A DNA stretch of 39,642 bases from Polyangiales bacterium (GCA_045106895.1 JBGCFM010000070.1:1-39642), one strand, 5' to 3'; positions 8,671 to 17,594 are shown, counted from the stretch's first letter. Made by a program: numbers and translations. The notes: generated by a model from the sequence alone, not told the origin.

Positions 8671-9993
8671 CTAGTAGTCAACCATCTCGCGAACGCGCGC
8701 AGTGGCGGTGTCGAGACTGCCGCCCAATTCCACCAGCGCACTCTCTACGCTTCCGGCGCCCCCTTTTCGGCAGACTTCGCGGAGAAACCCCGCGCTTCGC
8801 GGATTCCGAAACCAGTCCTCGTCGAAGTGCTCGCGCAGCGCGACGTAGAGCGCCAGACCCCCAAGCAAGCCTCGAAGCCGAGCCCGGGCGGAGGGCGCTC
8901 GGAGCAACCACGTGCTGAGCGGTCGCGCCGGTGCCCCAAGTGTGCGCGAAGCGAGCTCAAGCCTGAGCTCTGGGGACGGCGAAGCAACAAGAGACGCCGC
9001 AGCGAGGCGTAAATCCAACACCCAAAACGCAGCTAGGCGCCCTCGTTTCATCTCATGCTCGCGCCGGGAGAGCCGCTGCTTTGTCTCCAAGAGCGTCTGC
9101 GCCATGAGCGCCCCCATGGCTCGGGACATGCTCCCGACAACCGGCCAGCGGAGTGCCGCGGGAAGCGACGGTTCGATGAGCGCGCAGCCAAGCGCCCTTC
9201 CCGTCGCGTGCGCAGCGCTGTAGTCCGCGGAGACCCCTTGGAGGTAGCTCGGCAGCTTCATGTGAATGCGCTCGCCGGGCCGCACCGCGATGACCTGGGC
9301 GCGGGCGGAGTCGAAAGTGTCCACCCGCGTACACCGCGAGAGCGAATCGAAGAGCGCGCTGCCCTCGAAGACAGCCGCAACCCGACGGTGGCGCCCGGCG
9401 GGTGAATGGGCCGCATCGAGTGCCTTGTCTTGCAGTGCACGTGGCCATTCTTCCGCCTCTTCCACGCCAAAACGGCTCGCGAGCTCCGAGACAAGGTCGT
9501 CCGTATCAGCGAGCGTCGCGTCACCATCCGGCGCCCTCTTCGGCGAATCCGGATGCGGACCCAAGCTGGATGCTTCGGCGCGGAGAGCTGCGTACCAGTT
9601 GCCCGCCGAGCGACGCGCGCGTTGAACCGGGGCACCGTCGCTCAGGCCATAGGCGCGAGAGAGTTGCGCAACCAGCGATGACTTTGCTTCACCGCCCGCC
9701 AGCAAACCAAGCCACGCCCGCCCCTCGCGGGTTTGCCGTTCGTAGGTTTGGGTCTGTTCCAGCGCGCTCGCTTCTAGTCTACGAAGAGGCGCAAGATTGG
9801 CGTTCAGCTCGGCACGCGCGAGGTGCGCCGCGAAAGCCTCCCGCTCCCCTGGAAGCAGCCCTTGTGCCTCGAGAAAGTGGTCCCGGTGCGGAAAGCGCGC
9901 CGGAGGAGCGTGAACCGGCCCCTGGACGCGCTCACGCTGCGCCCGAATTAGGGCACTCTCCAGGGTCCGCCGCACTTGTTCTCGTGGGTCCAC
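8671..9993 (-). CDS. Peptidase M3-like fold protein with a degenerate zinc motif
   Basis: C-terminal LREHFDEDWFRNPRSAGFLRE; DYSAAHATGRAL at the HExxH position; GTG 9993 preferred (TAAGAT 8 nt upstream), ATG 10023 possible. Confidence 0.6.
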   Translation of the reverse strand: MDPREQVRRTLESALIRAQRERVQGPVHAPPARFPHRDHFLEAQGLLPGEREAFAAHLARAELNANLAPLRRLEASALEQTQTYERQTREGRAWLGLLAGGEAKSSLVAQLSRAYGLSDGAPVQRARRSAGNWYAALRAEASSLGPHPDSPKRAPDGDATLADTDDLVSELASRFGVEEAEEWPRALQDKALDAAHSPAGRHRRVAAVFEGSALFDSLSRCTRVDTFDSARAQVIAVRPGERIHMKLPSYLQGVSADYSAAHATGRALGCALIEPSLPAALRWPVVGSMSRAMGALMAQTLLETKQRLSRREHEMKRGRLAAFWVLDLRLAAASLVASPSPELRLELASRTLGAPARPLSTWLLRAPSARARLRGLLGGLALYVALREHFDEDWFRNPRSAGFLREVCRKGGAGSVESALVELGGSLDTATARVREMVDY

Positions 9994-10083
9994 GCGCCGC
10001 CATCTTAGCGACGTTTTGAGCATCCGCCGCGCTTTTGCGAGCGTTTTTCCGGCACTTGGCGAAGGCCCTGATATGAATAGCCC

Positions 10084-10911
10084 ATGGACACTCCCGCCAT
10101 TGGCTTTATCGGTGCTGGAACGATGGCCCTCGCCATCGCCAAAGGGCTCGTCGCGGCAGACATCTGCCATCCCGCACAGGTCCTCGCGTCGGACCCAAGG
10201 GGAGCACGGCGTGAGGTCTTTGACGCTCTGGGCATGAACACAAGCGCCGACAACGCCGAGGTCCTGCGGCACGCCGATGTCGTCATCCTTGCCACGAAGC
10301 CCCAGGCCTTCGCTCGGCTCTTGCCGGAGCTCTCAGACGCTTGTGAGGGCGTCGAGACGCCACTCTTCGTATCCATCGCCGCCGGCGTCTCCATCGAGTC
10401 CATTGAGCGCGCGCTCCCCGGCGCCCGTGTCATTCGCTCCATGCCAAACACACCTGCCCAGGTCGATGCTGGAGCGACGGCCATCGCTCGAGGAACCCAC
10501 GCCACCGACGACGACCTCGCGTTTGCGGTTCGTCTCTTTGAGAGCGTCGGCATCGTCGAAGTCCTCGACGAATCCCTCCTCGACGCCGTCACGGGGCTTA
10601 GCGGCTCAGGCCCCGCGTTCGTCTTCGTGATGATCGAAGCCCTCGCAGACGCCGGCGTAAAGATGGGCCTTCATAGAAACACGGCGCAACACCTCGCGGC
10701 ACAGACCGTCCATGGCGCCGCCCGTCTTCTCCTGGAGACCGGAGAGCACCCCGGACGGCTCAAGGACATGGTCGCAAGCCCAGGCGGAACCACCATCGCG
10801 GGTCTTCACACCCTGGAAGCCGGCGGTCTTCGCACTACGCTCATCAACGCCGTGGAGGCCGCGACCTTGCGGAGCGCGGAACTCGGCGCGAGCCTCAAAG
10901 CCAATGAGTAA
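10084..10911 (+). CDS. proC: Pyrroline-5-carboxylate reductase
   Basis: IGFIGAGTMA, LATKPQ, SIAAGV, RSMPNTP, TGLSGSGPAF, SPGGTTIAGL. Confidence 0.97.
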   Translation: MDTPAIGFIGAGTMALAIAKGLVAADICHPAQVLASDPRGARREVFDALGMNTSADNAEVLRHADVVILATKPQAFARLLPELSDACEGVETPLFVSIAAGVSIESIERALPGARVIRSMPNTPAQVDAGATAIARGTHATDDDLAFAVRLFESVGIVEVLDESLLDAVTGLSGSGPAFVFVMIEALADAGVKMGLHRNTAQHLAAQTVHGAARLLLETGEHPGRLKDMVASPGGTTIAGLHTLEAGGLRTTLINAVEAATLRSAELGASLKANE

Positions 10912-10928
10912 TCAGTAGGAACTCGCGG

Positions 10929-11651
10929 CTAGCGGGTCTTTTTGATGGAATCACCGTCGAGTGAGTAGCCACTGGGAAGATGAGGGGCGTACTCCTTTGC
11001 GTTCTCACCGAGTCCCCAGCCCTGGTGGATGAAACCGTCAAGAATGCTCACGCGAACGCGCACACTCTCTTCATCACCGAGGACCTTGAGCGCAGCCTCA
11101 CGCCCGACCTCCGCGTTCTCTTGGACGAGCAAGGTCGCCGCGGCGTGAAAACGCGCGGCTTCATTCACATCCGCAAGAAAACGAATCACGGCGGGCGCGA
11201 TTCGTTCGTCTTTGCGCTCTTCAAGTTGAGCGATGGCGTCAATCTTTCGCTGGGGGTCGCGCTCGTACTCCGTCGTCATCTCACCGAGAAACTCGACCAG
11301 GGTTCCGACGAGTTCTTCCTCGTCCACCAGCTCGCTCAACATTCGAACGGGCCACGCGATGGAGTCTGTCTCGTTGAGGAACTTCTTGAGCGGAGCCACA
11401 GCGACTTCGCCGCTGCCGAGAACGCCCTGTTTCGCTAGCTCCTTCTCGTCTTGGTCCGTGATGCTTGGCGTGACGCGAATCGTGAAGCGCTGCAGCAGAG
11501 CGTATACGGCCTCGGGCGTATGCATTTTCCCTAGCGCTTCGAGGGAAGCCCAGCGATCTGGGTTCTGAGCTTTCTTATCGGCGGCGCGTTTCGCGTGTTT
11601 CGCGAGGTTGCCAGCACTGTCTTTTCGCCCGAAGAAATCAAGAAAGCCCAT
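10929..11651 (-). CDS. HEAT-repeat protein (myxobacterial type)
   Basis: Helical repeats (RWASLEALG, RKIDAIAQL, DVNEAARFHAAATL, EESVRVRVSIL); amphipathic MGFLDFF start; TGcTATCAC 6 nt upstream. Confidence 0.75.
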   Translation of the reverse strand: MGFLDFFGRKDSAGNLAKHAKRAADKKAQNPDRWASLEALGKMHTPEAVYALLQRFTIRVTPSITDQDEKELAKQGVLGSGEVAVAPLKKFLNETDSIAWPVRMLSELVDEEELVGTLVEFLGEMTTEYERDPQRKIDAIAQLEERKDERIAPAVIRFLADVNEAARFHAAATLLVQENAEVGREAALKVLGDEESVRVRVSILDGFIHQGWGLGENAKEYAPHLPSGYSLDGDSIKKTR

Positions 11652-11765
11652 GGCGGCGTGATAGCAGCCCAGACTCTCGCGACAAGCATCGAGAGCCCCA
11701 ACGCCCAGGATGCACGTCTGTCCACCGAAGGCACCGAGGCGCCCCCGAAATAGGACCCTTCAGAA

Positions 11766-13193
11766 TCAGCGAATGATGACGGGCCGCAGGATGACCTGAG
11801 AGCCCTTCGTCTGAACCTGGAAGCGGACCATTCGACAGCCGTGCTTCTTCACGAGGTTCTCCGCATTCTTCTCAAGGCGGCCGATGAATCGGTCCTTTGG
11901 AATGTTGCTGACGTCCTCGCCGACGCCTTCTTTCGCCGCCACGTACTCACGGTAGATTCGCTCTTGGTAAGCGTCCGCATCTTCGTTTGCGAGCTCCGTG
12001 GCGAGCTCATCGTCATCGCTCGAGCCATCTGAAGCAGGGGGCGCGGCGGTCTCTTGAGCCCAGTCACCGCCGGCGGTGTGACCCTCGGCGTCTGTCTCGT
12101 CCTGCCCCGTGAACATGTTGATGAGCTGATTGATTCGATAGGCCAGGCCACCAAACTCGGCGCTCTCGACATCGATACGCGTGTCCGTCCGGCCGTTGAT
12201 CACACTCAGGATGCCTTCTTCGATCTGCTCGACGGGGCGTAGGAACGAAGTCCCGATCATGAAGCCGTAGGCGATGATGAGGAGGGCCCCGAGGCCAACG
12301 AGAAGGAGAAGGATGTTGAGGGCCGCGCTCGGTGCGAGCGCCTCGCTTCGGTTGCCAAGCACCATGAACGCTACGTCTTGGGATGGCGTTGAAGGCAGAG
12401 CAGCAGCCACCGACGAGTAGGTCTCGCCGGCGAGGTCCACATGGGACACACCGCTGGCGCCGTTTGCCGCCGCGGCGAGCTGGGAGGCCAACTCAGCGCC
12501 GAGTGCCGTCTGAAGAGCTGTGGTCTCGCTCTGTCCGACCGACGCGCTGTACACTGTGCCGTCTCGTACAAATACGACTTCGCGGCCGAGGACGTCGGAC
12601 TCACGATCTGCGACACCATTCGACATGTCGTATCCGACGATGAGCGCACCAACGACGCCTCCCTCGTCATTCCGGACGGGAGCCATGGCGATCTGAAGGA
12701 GCTTGTTCTCGTCCGTTCGCATCCACGCGTCGTGCGCTGCGATGCCGTCGGCGATCACGCCGCGAAGCGTTGGAATCTGCTGCATCATGGACTGGCCGGA
12801 CATACGATTCGGGTCCTGGTCACGAGCGATAACGCGTCCGGTCTCATCCGTCAGCAAGACGATATCGGGTCGCCCCACGCGACCGCGTGCGGGGTCCTGG
12901 AACCACGCAGCGATGGAGTTTGCGCGGTCGTGAGCGGCGCGTCGGCGGCTGTTCGCATCGAGGCCGCGCATCGATCCACGCACTTCACGTGTGCCAGCCT
13001 GGAAGCTCACCTGCTCAACGAATTCGACGGCGGAGAGTCGCCAAGAGCGTTCGAACAGCTGGCGGTCCGTGCCCACATCACGGTCGAAAGATGATCCAAG
13101 TCCGTCTTCGAGCTGACCCTTTAGGTAGAGGTAGGAGCCGAGCCCTACGAGAAGCAGCACAATGAGGTTGCCGGCAATAATTTTCAGTCGCAT
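11766..13193 (-). CDS. Membrane sensor-like protein: TM, Cache-like periplasmic region, TM, HAMP, MXAN_5187-type C-terminal domain
   Basis: Two TM helices; LLTDETGRVIAR and APVRNDEGGVVGALIVG (Cache-like); LRPVEQI...EFGGLAYRINQL (HAMP); C-terminal IYREYVAAKE...RFIGRLEKN...KHGCRMVRFQV; GGAG SD before ATG 13193. Confidence 0.75.
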   Translation of the reverse strand: MRLKIIAGNLIVLLLVGLGSYLYLKGQLEDGLGSSFDRDVGTDRQLFERSWRLSAVEFVEQVSFQAGTREVRGSMRGLDANSRRRAAHDRANSIAAWFQDPARGRVGRPDIVLLTDETGRVIARDQDPNRMSGQSMMQQIPTLRGVIADGIAAHDAWMRTDENKLLQIAMAPVRNDEGGVVGALIVGYDMSNGVADRESDVLGREVVFVRDGTVYSASVGQSETTALQTALGAELASQLAAAANGASGVSHVDLAGETYSSVAAALPSTPSQDVAFMVLGNRSEALAPSAALNILLLLVGLGALLIIAYGFMIGTSFLRPVEQIEEGILSVINGRTDTRIDVESAEFGGLAYRINQLINMFTGQDETDAEGHTAGGDWAQETAAPPASDGSSDDDELATELANEDADAYQERIYREYVAAKEGVGEDVSNIPKDRFIGRLEKNAENLVKKHGCRMVRFQVQTKGSQVILRPVIIR

Positions 13194-13316
13194 CCGACTC
13201 TCCAGTTCGCGTGCGGTTTTTCTCGACCCCAACGTCGCCCCATGGACGAAGGGTTCGAAAATGCCGACTCACAAGGCGTTTTCAATGGCGGGAGTACCAC
13301 TGAGGCGGAAAAAAGG

Positions 13317-14258
13317 TCAAGGGGCGGAGTCTTCCGGCCCCTCAAAGCGTTCCGTTTCAACAGCGCGTCCCTCGACGAAGTAGAGGATGACGGAGGTGAG
13401 GGCCATCACCACCGCCGAGCCCAAAGCAATGTCGCTGTATCGAGCCCACCGACGTGCGTCGGTGAGATTTTCGTCTCGAAGACCCGCCGCGTGGACGCCG
13501 AGACCAATGGCCGCAGCGCCGCCGGCCACGGCCAAGCCGCCGGCGATCCACGTCCATAAACGGCGACCCCGAACGGCCCGGTAGCCGGTCGCGGGTTGCA
13601 GATCGGCGTAGGCCGCGGTTGTCAGTCCTGCTTCGAGGCGCACCGTGGAACGAAACGGCAGATATCCGTCAAGCTCAAGGGCCAATTCGTGCCGACCCGG
13701 AGAGAGCTCCATCGGATCCGTCAGCGGAGACCGACCGATGTCTCGGCCGTCCAGCCGAACCTGCGCGCCATCGAGATTGCTCGAAAGACGGAGTGTGCCG
13801 GTGGTCGGCGCTCGCTCCGCCGCCAGACGCGCTTCCTCAGCGCGCTGTTGTAACGAAGCGATCCGAGCTTCCACAGCCTCACGATCTGGGGGATCGACGC
13901 GGTCTCGGAGATATAGTTGGTAGTGCTCGACGGCGGGCAAGAGCTCCCCCACCTCTTCATGAGCGCGCGCAATGTTGAACCAGAGGTCGGCACTCGGAAC
14001 GAGGCGGGCCGCGAGGTGAAACTCGGCGATCGCACTTCGGTAATCGTGCGCATCGAAATGCGTCATGCCGGAACGATAGTGCTCCCGCGCCTGTTCGACG
14101 GCGCTTCGATTCTCCGGGGTATTTTCCTCCTCGGCGCTCGTTTCGGGCTGGCTGTCCGTCTCCTGCGCGCGAACCGTCGAGGCAAACACGACGGCCGACC
14201 CACTCATCAAGATCGCCAAAAGGCGGAGCATTCTATCTTTGACAATCCCCCTACTCAC
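13317..14258 (-). CDS. Exported TPR + PEGA domain protein with C-terminal TM helices
   Basis: Signal peptide; AREHYRSG..HFDAHDYRSAIAEF..A..L.PSADLWFNIARAHE (TPR); GTLRLSSNLDGAQVRLDG..IG.SPL...LSPGRHEL.L..DGY (PEGA); start GTG 14258 (TGgTACGCT 6 nt upstream) or ATG 14231. Confidence 0.88.
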   Translation of the reverse strand: MSRGIVKDRMLRLLAILMSGSAVVFASTVRAQETDSQPETSAEEENTPENRSAVEQAREHYRSGMTHFDAHDYRSAIAEFHLAARLVPSADLWFNIARAHEEVGELLPAVEHYQLYLRDRVDPPDREAVEARIASLQQRAEEARLAAERAPTTGTLRLSSNLDGAQVRLDGRDIGRSPLTDPMELSPGRHELALELDGYLPFRSTVRLEAGLTTAAYADLQPATGYRAVRGRRLWTWIAGGLAVAGGAAAIGLGVHAAGLRDENLTDARRWARYSDIALGSAVVMALTSVILYFVEGRAVETERFEGPEDSAP

Positions 14259-14336
14259 CTGAGCAGCGTACCATTCTCGCCCACGAGATGGGTCATGAAG
14301 TGGGCCCATCCGGCCAGGCGCCCTACACTCTTCTTT

Positions 14337-15626
14337 GTGGAGTGGGTCATCTACTCAGAATCTGCCGATTTGGCAGCGGAGTGTCTCGCGAGGTCTTCGG
14401 AACTCGACCTGAGCGTCGAAGTCTGCGTCGAAGCAGAACCGATGACGGCCGCTCTTCAAGCTGCCGGCCCGGCAGCCATCGTCTCCATGCGGGATTTCGA
14501 CGCTGCGACCTTGGTTCCGCTCCAAAGCTCACACGCCCCACGAGCGCTCGCGGTCATCGGCGGAAGTGCGGGTCACCGTCAGATAGCAGAGGACTTAGGC
14601 ATCTTCACCGTCGACGGCATTGGAAGCCTCTTTGCTGGAATCGCGGCATCCGCCTTCAAGGAGCCCTGGTCGGCGTCGGCGCGAGGGTTGCCAGTCCCCG
14701 ACCGCCACCGCTTGAGTGAACTCGGCGGCAGCTCCAAAACTCTCTTCTATGAAGCCGACGGCCCGGGGCGCGTCGCGCTCTTCGACGGTGAGATGCGCCG
14801 CGCACTCGGCAGCACGGAACATGCAGCCCTCGGTCTAGCGGCTCTTCGTCGTTGCGACGGAGTCGCCATCCCGGCGATGCCCAGAGTCGAAGCCCTCGAC
14901 CGAAGCCAAGTCCTCGATGTGATCCTCGGCCCTCCGCGGGCGTTGTCCGATCCAGCAAGCAAGGCCGCCCTCGCGGAGTACGACATCCCGCTGCCGGAGG
15001 AGGTGCTCTGCGCCAGCGCCTCGCGCGCCGCGTCCGAAGCCGCGCGCATCGGTTTTCCGGTACGCATCGTCTTGGCGTCCCCTGACCTGCGCGCTTGGGA
15101 TCACCCGGACCTGGTTGTGGACGGCGTGGACAACGCGGCGCGGGTTCGAGAGGTGTTTCGCCAGATGGCCTCCCTCGCCAAGAGTCGGGCGCCCGGAAGC
15201 CGTGTTCTCGGTGTGACCGTGTCTGCCACGACAGCGGCGAACGCGCTCCTACGACTACGGATGCGCTCCCTCGCTCCGGGCATCTGCCTCACGCAGCTCG
15301 GGTTTGCAGACCCCCACGGGCTGGCGGCGGCGGATCAAGCGAGCCTCCTGCTCCCTTGTCGCTTTGAGCACCTCGAAGCGCGCTTGGAGCGTCTTCGAGG
15401 TCATCCGCTCCTCCTGGGCGATTCCTTACCGGTTCGGCGTGCGCGCGTCGAAGAACTCGCGGACGTGCTCCTGCGTATCGCAGCCTTCGTGGACGACTGG
15501 AGAACCGAGGTCAAAGAGGTCCGCATCGAAACGCTGGCGATGCTCCTTGGCGGTGGCGCCGAAATCCGCGAGGCCTGTGTCGTTGTGAGCGATGCTTTTG
15601 CACGTTCGCTCGACACCGCCCTCTGA
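14337..15626 (+). CDS. Acetate-CoA ligase (ADP-forming)-like protein with a degenerate C-terminal ATP-grasp domain
   Basis: LSDPASKAALAEYDIP...A..IGFPV.I.LASPD matches the start of the ACD/SCS-beta-type ATP-grasp; GTG 14337 with TACACT 7 nt upstream. Confidence 0.65.
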   Translation: MEWVIYSESADLAAECLARSSELDLSVEVCVEAEPMTAALQAAGPAAIVSMRDFDAATLVPLQSSHAPRALAVIGGSAGHRQIAEDLGIFTVDGIGSLFAGIAASAFKEPWSASARGLPVPDRHRLSELGGSSKTLFYEADGPGRVALFDGEMRRALGSTEHAALGLAALRRCDGVAIPAMPRVEALDRSQVLDVILGPPRALSDPASKAALAEYDIPLPEEVLCASASRAASEAARIGFPVRIVLASPDLRAWDHPDLVVDGVDNAARVREVFRQMASLAKSRAPGSRVLGVTVSATTAANALLRLRMRSLAPGICLTQLGFADPHGLAAADQASLLLPCRFEHLEARLERLRGHPLLLGDSLPVRRARVEELADVLLRIAAFVDDWRTEVKEVRIETLAMLLGGGAEIREACVVVSDAFARSLDTAL

Positions 15627-15651
15627 CCAGAGGCGCCGTGTTCAAACAGCA

Positions 15652-15685
15652 AAGAAAAAGGCGCGCTCCCGAGGGAGTGCGCCTT
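15652..15685 (-). terminator. Rho-independent terminator of the microprotein gene (possibly bidirectional)
   Basis: Minus strand AAGGCGCACTCCC-tc-GGGAGCGCGCCTT followed by TTTCTTT. Confidence 0.8.
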
Positions 15686-15710
15686 GAATCTAACTCTGCC
15701 AGAGAAGGTC

Positions 15711-15863
15711 TTAGAGACCGCGCTCGGTGGTTACTTCCTCTTCGTCTCCGCCGCCGAAAGGTGGCAGGCCGGCGGCCGCAGCGACACCGAAGTACAAGAG
15801 TCCGATGATTCCAAAAATGATGGCGCCTTTGACAACGCCGCTCGCATCTTCCCAAAATGACAT
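15711..15863 (-). CDS. 50-aa single-TM microprotein, absent from the ORF track
   Basis: MSFWEDASGVVKGAIIFGIIGLLYFGVAAAAGLPPFGGGDEEEVTTERGL*; AAGGA SD 8 nt upstream; promoter upstream and terminator downstream. Confidence 0.8.
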   Translation of the reverse strand: MSFWEDASGVVKGAIIFGIIGLLYFGVAAAAGLPPFGGGDEEEVTTERGL

Positions 15864-15916
15864 ACTGGGTTTCCTTGTGAATGGGTCGTTGGCGGTTGCC
15901 TGACCAAGCGGCGCCT

Positions 15917-15946
15917 AGAATACGAAACGCGCCAGTCCAGGGTCAA
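15917..15946 (-). promoter_or_regulatory. Sigma70-type promoter for the microprotein
   Basis: TTGACC (15946-15941), 18 nt spacer, TATTCT (15922-15917). Confidence 0.65.
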
Positions 15947-16917
15947 CCTTTTTGGCACAAACGCTGGGCCATTCGAAGCGCTGAACACATGCCTTCGGGG
16001 TCCGCGGAGCCCGATCTCGCAGCGTCATACGCCGTGCCGTGGTCGACGCTCGTGCGGAGAAAAGGCAGGCCCCAGGTCACGTTGACGGCCTGTCCCCAAT
16101 CAAGGAGCTTGGAGGCGATAGTAGCCTGGTCATGGATCATCGTAAGAACGCAGTCATAGCGCCCTTCGGCGGCGTAACGCAGTGCCGACTCTGCAGGCGT
16201 CGGACCGTGAAGTCGGCTCCCTAAATCGGGCTCCTCGAGACGCAACGCCTCAAGCGACGGCGTGATCGTCGTGAGTTCCTCGTCGCCGAAGAGCCCGGAT
16301 TCGCCGGCGTGAGGGTTGAGCCCGCTGACAACCATGCTCGCGGGGCGCCCGAGCAAGCGCGCCACCGCCTCTTCAAGATGCAAAACGGAGCGACGCACAC
16401 GCTTTGGCGTGATCGCCCGCGCCGCGTCACGAACCGAAAGGTGTGTCGTGACCAAGCCGACCCGAAGACGCGGACCGAGAAAAAGCATCGTCACAGCGTC
16501 TCGCTCCAACCCCGCTCTGGCAGCGAGGTGCTCCGTTTGTCCCGTGAACACGCACCCGGAGAGTGTGATCGCTTCCTTGCTCGTGGGCGCTGTGACCAGC
16601 GCTGCGCCTTTTCCAGCGGAGACGATGTCGATGGCCCGGTCGAGGGCTGCCAGCTGCGCCCGCCCGCCGGCTTCACTCGGGGAATGGTGGTGGATGAGCG
16701 CGTCGCTCCACGTCGCGGCATGCACGACGCCAATGCCGGCGAGCTCGCCTCCATCCCAAGGCCTCGCTTCGGCGCCGAGCTCTCCGACTCGCTGCGTCAG
16801 TCGTTCCGCGTCGCCGACGAGGACAGCGGGAGCGCCCACCTCCATCGCGGCCCTCACCGAGATCTCCGGGCCGATGCCGGCGGGGTCCCCCGTCGCAATA
16901 ATGAAAGGTAAGGTCAT
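15943..16917 (-). CDS. pdxA: 4-hydroxythreonine-4-phosphate dehydrogenase PdxA family
   Basis: GDPAGIGPE, LVTAPTSK, FTGQTEHL, VTTHL, GLNPHAGE.G.FG.EE, HDQ, GLPFLRTSVDHGTAYD; ATG 16917 overlaps the regulator stop (ATGA). Confidence 0.92.
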   Translation of the reverse strand: MTLPFIIATGDPAGIGPEISVRAAMEVGAPAVLVGDAERLTQRVGELGAEARPWDGGELAGIGVVHAATWSDALIHHHSPSEAGGRAQLAALDRAIDIVSAGKGAALVTAPTSKEAITLSGCVFTGQTEHLAARAGLERDAVTMLFLGPRLRVGLVTTHLSVRDAARAITPKRVRRSVLHLEEAVARLLGRPASMVVSGLNPHAGESGLFGDEELTTITPSLEALRLEEPDLGSRLHGPTPAESALRYAAEGRYDCVLTMIHDQATIASKLLDWGQAVNVTWGLPFLRTSVDHGTAYDAARSGSADPEGMCSALRMAQRLCQKG

Positions 16918-17594
16918 GAGGGCGCCCGCAACTTGTAGCCAACTCCACGGACCGTCTCGAGATGATCGATGGCGGGCCCAAGCTTCTTCCGAAGGCGCCG
17001 CACATGAATATCTACCGTGCGACTGCCGCCGTAGTAGTCCACGCCCCACACCTGGCTCAGGATCTGGTCGCGGGAAAACACCCGGCCTCGCTGCTGCGAG
17101 AAAAAGCGCAAGAGCGCGAACTCTTGTTGCGTCAGGTCCACGGGTTGCCCGTCCACTGACACCTCGTGGCCGGCCAGGTCGATGCTCAGGGGCCCCATCT
17201 TCACCCGCTCTTCCACGGCGAAGTCCGAGCGTTGCCACTCTGCGCGGCGAATGCGCAAGTAGAGCTCGGCCGGCACGTAGGGATGCAGCACGAGGTCGTC
17301 AAAACCATCGTCGGCTTTGACGCCGGAAAGGCCACGTACGCTCACCCCAACAAGCAGTGGTACGCCCGAGAGTCGCGCCACGGATTCGCAGCGCTGAGCC
17401 GCGGCGCGTGCCGCTTCAACTTGGTCCAAGGCTTCGACGAGTACCGCGGCGGGGGCGGGCCGCTCGTCTATGATCGCCTCAAGATCATCCCAGAGGTCCG
17501 CACATGCGACCTCGCAGCCGAGCTGACGAAGAACCTCCGCGGCACTCTGCGGTTCCAACAGCGCGCGCGCCGGCCCGATGACCAAGATCCACAT
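16914..17594 (-). CDS. OmpR/PhoB-family winged-helix transcription factor with an atypical (GlnR-like) receiver domain
   Basis: LTQQEFALL, GRVFSRDQIL..VWG..YYGGSRTVDIHVRRLRKKL, ETVRGVGY; receiver lacks canonical D/D/K residues. Confidence 0.9.
   Translation of the reverse strand: MWILVIGPARALLEPQSAAEVLRQLGCEVACADLWDDLEAIIDERPAPAAVLVEALDQVEAARAAAQRCESVARLSGVPLLVGVSVRGLSGVKADDGFDDLVLHPYVPAELYLRIRRAEWQRSDFAVEERVKMGPLSIDLAGHEVSVDGQPVDLTQQEFALLRFFSQQRGRVFSRDQILSQVWGVDYYGGSRTVDIHVRRLRKKLGPAIDHLETVRGVGYKLRAPS

Noticed and set aside
15731..15988. 85-aa ORF from the track as the gene in the pdxA downstream gap
   Set aside because: It overlaps pdxA and the promoter and has no SD; the 50-aa ORF in another frame has an SD, a TM helix and fits the promoter-terminator unit
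16918..17238. N-terminal extensions in the ORF track (pdxA from 17238; also starts 3876, 5673, 10272, 13917, 20851, 22447, 27134, 38829)
   Set aside because: They overlap neighbouring genes and lack family similarity; downstream starts match family N-termini, ATGA coupling or promoter/SD signals
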